Assembly (NCBI RefSeq): GCF_000284455.1
Contig: NC_017039.1
Location: forward strand, 2,190,001 to 2,222,000
DNA from: Synechocystis sp. PCC 6803 substr. PCC-P
Lineage (GTDB): Bacteria > Cyanobacteriota > Cyanobacteriia > Cyanobacteriales > Microcystaceae
Direction: 5' to 3'
DNA: 32,000 bases
Position 1 is the stretch's first letter, and the number at the start of each line of letters is the position of its first letter. The notes under the pieces were generated by a model. That model made no database searches, had not been told where the DNA came from, and saw only the letters and a list, made by a program, of their open reading frames with translations. The position numbers and the translations under genes were made by a program. This document shows positions 28,833 to 32,000 of this stretch, one piece after another.

Positions 28833-28911
28833 CAATGGTGAATGGTGTTAGAGTAATATCATCAGCCACGATATGCTCCCCCCAGGCTTTTATCTCTCGT
28901 CAGGTTCAGCT

Positions 28912-29457
28912 ATGTTTAAGGCTATTTTCCCAAGGTATTCCGTTGGCGATCGCCGTTTGCTAGAGTCAGTCCGCCACTCAGCTCAGCAGGGTTTCACCAT
29001 GTTCGAGGTGCTGATTGCCTTGATGATTTCCTTTCTATTTCTGACAGGAACCCTGAATGCCATGGTAATGGCAACGGTAATGCGGGTTAAAGCGGAAAGA
29101 GAGGCCCAAGCTGGCTATTGGATAAAAGAAGATTTAGAGCAAGTTCGGGCATTAGCTGCAAACTTCAATCCGGCAACTGGTAATGGATGCCCTACAAGTG
29201 TGGGTGAAACTTTTCGAGATGCAAACAATAGTGCTGACGCCGATCCTAACAATGATGGACTAGCGAGCTTACCAGTTCCTGCCAACAAATCAATTGTCGG
29301 TGTAACAGCCGCTATTACTAGAACACCAGGGGTATCTAATAACGTTTTAACTCTTAGCTATCGTGTCAGGAACACCAATGTCACCGACAATGATATGGCT
29401 ACCCTTGCAACACTTTACACCGAGGTTCTTCCTGCTGCCGCTCTTGCTTGTGAATAG
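28912..29457 (+). CDS. pilA5: type IV minor pilin (prepilin-type N-terminal cleavage/methylation domain)
   Basis: Contains the prepilin motif QQG|FTMFEVLIALMISFLF, with Glu at +5. Two possible ATG starts exist (28873, 28912); the shorter leader is preferred. The symbol comes from gene order as I recall it (slr1928), not from a search. Confidence 0.78.
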   Translation: MFKAIFPRYSVGDRRLLESVRHSAQQGFTMFEVLIALMISFLFLTGTLNAMVMATVMRVKAEREAQAGYWIKEDLEQVRALAANFNPATGNGCPTSVGETFRDANNSADADPNNDGLASLPVPANKSIVGVTAAITRTPGVSNNVLTLSYRVRNTNVTDNDMATLATLYTEVLPAAALACE

Positions 29458-29473
29458 ATCATTGAGATGAATA

Positions 29474-30025
29474 ATGGTGATGAAACTTCCTAATCCTACA
29501 TTTCTTTTAAAACTGGTTTTCAATCCCCATCCATCTACGTCTAGTCAGGGATGGACACTAATTGAGATTGGTGTAGTCACAGTTATAGTAGGTATCTTAG
29601 CAGCCATGGCTTTCCCCAGTTTGGCAGGAATACAAGCTAGAAACCAAGTCAGAAGCAGAATGATTGAGGTCAGGGCTGCAGTACAGGAAGCCCAAAGAAA
29701 TGCAATTAAAAGAGGTGCGACTTGCACTGTAACGATTGATGTTGCTGCTAGGAGTGTTAGGTTGCCCACCTCTCCACCTACCCCCATGGCTGGATGTTTA
29801 AATAACCCTGTAAGTATTCCTACGTCTGAACAAATCAGCTTTCTTGAACCATCCTCTGGTACGGTTGATATTTCTTTTTCTTATAAGGGCAATACAGTAA
29901 ACTCACAGACGATAGTTTTGGGTTCCAGTAGAACATCCTATGAGCCATGCTTAGTAATTTCTTCCGGCTTGGGAATCGTGCGTTCTGGTTCCCGTGTAGG
30001 TGGTAACTGCGTAACTGGATTATGA
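29474..30025 (+). CDS. pilA6: type IV minor pilin, GspH/FimT-like
   Basis: SQG|WTLIEIGVVTVIVGILAAMAFPSL prepilin motif. GspH-like region RSRMIEVRAAVQEAQRNAIKRG. C-terminal Cys pair. Confidence 0.83.
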   Translation: MVMKLPNPTFLLKLVFNPHPSTSSQGWTLIEIGVVTVIVGILAAMAFPSLAGIQARNQVRSRMIEVRAAVQEAQRNAIKRGATCTVTIDVAARSVRLPTSPPTPMAGCLNNPVSIPTSEQISFLEPSSGTVDISFSYKGNTVNSQTIVLGSSRTSYEPCLVISSGLGIVRSGSRVGGNCVTGL

Positions 30026-30080
30026 TTTGTTAAGTAAAATTAAGTTTTGTGAATATTTGTCTGGGTGTTTCTTTCACCAC

Positions 30081-30108
30081 TTGCTTTTTTGATCACTATA
30101 AATATACT
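30081..30108 (+). promoter_or_regulatory. candidate sigma70-type internal promoter in the pilA6-pilA7 spacer
   Basis: TTGCTT (30081-30086), a 16-nt spacer, then TATACT (30103-30108). It lies ~34 nt upstream of the pilA7-like ATG. Confidence 0.35.
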
Positions 30109-30141
30109 AAAGCCTAATGATCTTGAACAAGACTTTGCATT

Positions 30142-30702
30142 ATGGCTTACAAGAATGAACTGATAAAAGCCTTAAAACTTTGCCTATTCACCCAAAAGAG
30201 CACATCAGGTTGGACATTAATCGAAATTGGCGTTGTGACCACAATTGTGGGAATTTTGGCCAGCGTGGCATTTCCCTCACTCATGGGCATAAAGGCTAAA
30301 ATGGATACTAGGGGTGAATTTTCTGAGGTGGTACAGACTCTCCGACAGGCTCAACGTAATGCAGTCAAAATGGGTAGAGAATGTAGATTGATTATGGATA
30401 CCACCAACACCCCACACCGCCTACAACTGGATCCCGATGCAAAATACACTGGATGTTTAACATTTCAGGAATTTCCTCTGAACAATAGTAAGTTCCATGA
30501 GAATTTTCCCGGTACAGCAATTCGCTTTTCTTACAAGGGAAACTCTACTAACATGGGAACGATGGTTATTCAGTCATCTTTTTCTCCCACAGTAAGTTAT
30601 TGTTTGGCCATGTCTGGCATGATTGGTGTAATGAGAGCAGGGGTTTACGAAGGAGATCCAGAAACAGCTATTGATCCCACGCAATGCAGAACTGGTTATT
30701 AG
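30142..30702 (+). CDS. pilA7: type IV minor pilin, GspH/FimT-like, paralogue of the preceding gene
   Basis: TSG|WTLIEIGVVTTIVGILASVAFPSL is near-identical to the N-terminal helix of the preceding gene. It shares QAQRNAVKMG and (I/R)FSYKGN blocks and a C-terminal Cys pair. Confidence 0.83.
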   Translation: MAYKNELIKALKLCLFTQKSTSGWTLIEIGVVTTIVGILASVAFPSLMGIKAKMDTRGEFSEVVQTLRQAQRNAVKMGRECRLIMDTTNTPHRLQLDPDAKYTGCLTFQEFPLNNSKFHENFPGTAIRFSYKGNSTNMGTMVIQSSFSPTVSYCLAMSGMIGVMRAGVYEGDPETAIDPTQCRTGY

Positions 30703-30723
30703 CAAAACTAAGGAGATAAGACA

Positions 30724-31641
30724 GTGAAAATTCTATGGTACTTAATGACACGTAATTCCTCTAAAGGCTTTACACTACTCGAGTTACTGTTGGCCTCAAT
30801 CATGACTTTTTTTGTGGTCAGTGCTACGGGCTATGCCATTTTAGTTATGACCAGGGAAAATATATCTTCTGACGTGTCCAGTGATTTGAGATTTAATACC
30901 GATAGGGCAACAGATTTCATAGCAGACGAAATAAGACAGGCCAACTTTTTGTCAACGAATACAGCTAACATACCGACAAATACAGGCACAGGTATAGAAA
31001 GTTGTGCAATGCAGACTGGTGAGCAATTTGTGATGGGATTAGCGGTTAGTTCTTCAGACGTAAACGTAGTTTATTACACAAAAACTCCTCCGGGCGGTGT
31101 ATGGTTAGGGCCCAGTTCAATTTATCGTTGCGGGCCCTCATTGACTTCTAGTGGGCAGTTGGGATCGGGCAGAATCAGAAGTATTCTTGTTGATTCCATA
31201 TCCACTGCGGCCGGCGCAACAACACCAACCTGCCCGTCTGGAACAACAAAAAGACCGACGACTCCTACCGCTGGCTTTTTTCTTTGTGTGGACAATAGTA
31301 ACCAAAATTTAGTTCAACTACGATTAACGGCGGCATCTGACGAACTTGCTAATCGAGGGATGACAACAACTGGAGGTCAAGGCCGATTTGATAGTAAAGC
31401 TACCTACTCAGTTGTAACTACTGCTTTTACAAGAGCGGCATCTGATATTGCAACTTTAAATGAAAGTGGAACATGCACAGGCGTTACAGTGGCGGTTGAT
31501 GGGAGAGCTGCTATACCTTTTTCTAGTGGAATGAGTGTGGTGGCAACATCTAGTAGCACAATGGTTTTTAGTCCTGGCACATGGACAAAAACAGGTAATA
31601 GCTATACCAGTGGAGGTTGTACAATTAATGCAGTCTTTTAA
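30724..31641 (+). CDS. pilA8: large type IV minor pilin (PilW-like), Ser/Thr-rich
   Basis: SKG|FTLLELLLASIMTFFVV prepilin motif. The GTG start is preceded by AAGGAG 8 nt upstream; the alternative is ATG 30745. 305 aa with six Cys. Confidence 0.8.
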   Translation: MKILWYLMTRNSSKGFTLLELLLASIMTFFVVSATGYAILVMTRENISSDVSSDLRFNTDRATDFIADEIRQANFLSTNTANIPTNTGTGIESCAMQTGEQFVMGLAVSSSDVNVVYYTKTPPGGVWLGPSSIYRCGPSLTSSGQLGSGRIRSILVDSISTAAGATTPTCPSGTTKRPTTPTAGFFLCVDNSNQNLVQLRLTAASDELANRGMTTTGGQGRFDSKATYSVVTTAFTRAASDIATLNESGTCTGVTVAVDGRAAIPFSSGMSVVATSSSTMVFSPGTWTKTGNSYTSGGCTINAVF

Positions 31642-31698
31642 AGCAAAAATGGTAGCTTAAAATTATCTCTTTCCTAAATTATTGTCAGCAAAACTATA

Positions 31699-32000
31699 GT
31701 GAAACAGACCGTGTTATTCATTCCTGGATTTGCTGGAACCCCGGCCATGTGGGACTATCCCATAACTAATCTCGAGGATATTATCGATGCCCAAAGCTTG
31801 GTAATGGAAGGAGATTCGCTGCAGGCAATGGTGGATTTAGTTGTTAACAGCAACACACTGCCCGATAAATTTGCCCTGGTTGGCCATTCCATGGGGTCTT
31901 GGGTGGGAGCCGCCACCGCTGCCCTGCACCCAGAAAGAATTACTAAACTAGTGCTGATGGACGGTTGGGCTAGAAATAATGCTGCTAAAGCTGAAGAAAT
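31699..32000 (+). CDS. alpha/beta-fold hydrolase, 5' part only (runs off window)
   Basis: Translation from GTG 31699 reads VKQTVLFIPGFAGTPAMWDY...FALVGHSMGSWVGAATAALHPERITKLVLMDGW. It contains the GxSxG nucleophile elbow (GHSMG). It is not in the ORF track because no stop falls in the window. Confidence 0.6.
   Translation, partial: MKQTVLFIPGFAGTPAMWDYPITNLEDIIDAQSLVMEGDSLQAMVDLVVNSNTLPDKFALVGHSMGSWVGAATAALHPERITKLVLMDGWARNNAAKAEE

Overview
This window looks like chromosomal DNA from a HIP1-rich cyanobacterium. I counted 28 perfect GCGATCGC octamers by eye. Gene content and order match my memory of Synechocystis sp. PCC 6803 (sll0145 through slr1931), but I cannot run a search to confirm that. 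All homology calls are by-eye motif recognition from the supplied translations; no database search was run.

Left to right, the window holds:
- frr (3'-truncated by the window edge) and pyrH
- an AT-rich hicA/hicB toxin-antitoxin pair
- clpB, followed by an orphan LRAT/NlpC-P60-like ORF
- an RND permease plus HlyD-type adaptor efflux pair
- pilT and an intact pilC
- clpR-clpP, where ClpR has lost all three catalytic residues
- pepP and MTA phosphorylase
- two small ORFs: a ribbon-helix-helix protein and a very acidic peptide
- an ~880-bp IS5-family element whose transposase is broken three times
- a tight bciB / beta-lactamase-fold PBP / cbiB cluster
- prfB with the classical CTT-TGA-C +1 frameshift
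- a large CLC-CBS-CBS-USP-USP protein
- a stand-alone DprA/Smf-like Rossmann protein translationally coupled to a membrane DUF58 protein
- four type IV minor-pilin genes (pilA5-pilA8-like)
- the 5' part of an alpha/beta hydrolase gene

I found no rRNA, tRNA or CRISPR array.

The best candidates for something under-described are:
1. The CLC protein, in which the three canonical anion-coordinating or gating residues (Ser-cen, Glu-ex, Tyr-cen) all appear substituted (Gly, Arg, Phe).
2. The DprA-like/DUF58 pair directly upstream of the minor-pilin operon.
3. The LRAT-like orphan ORF behind clpB.
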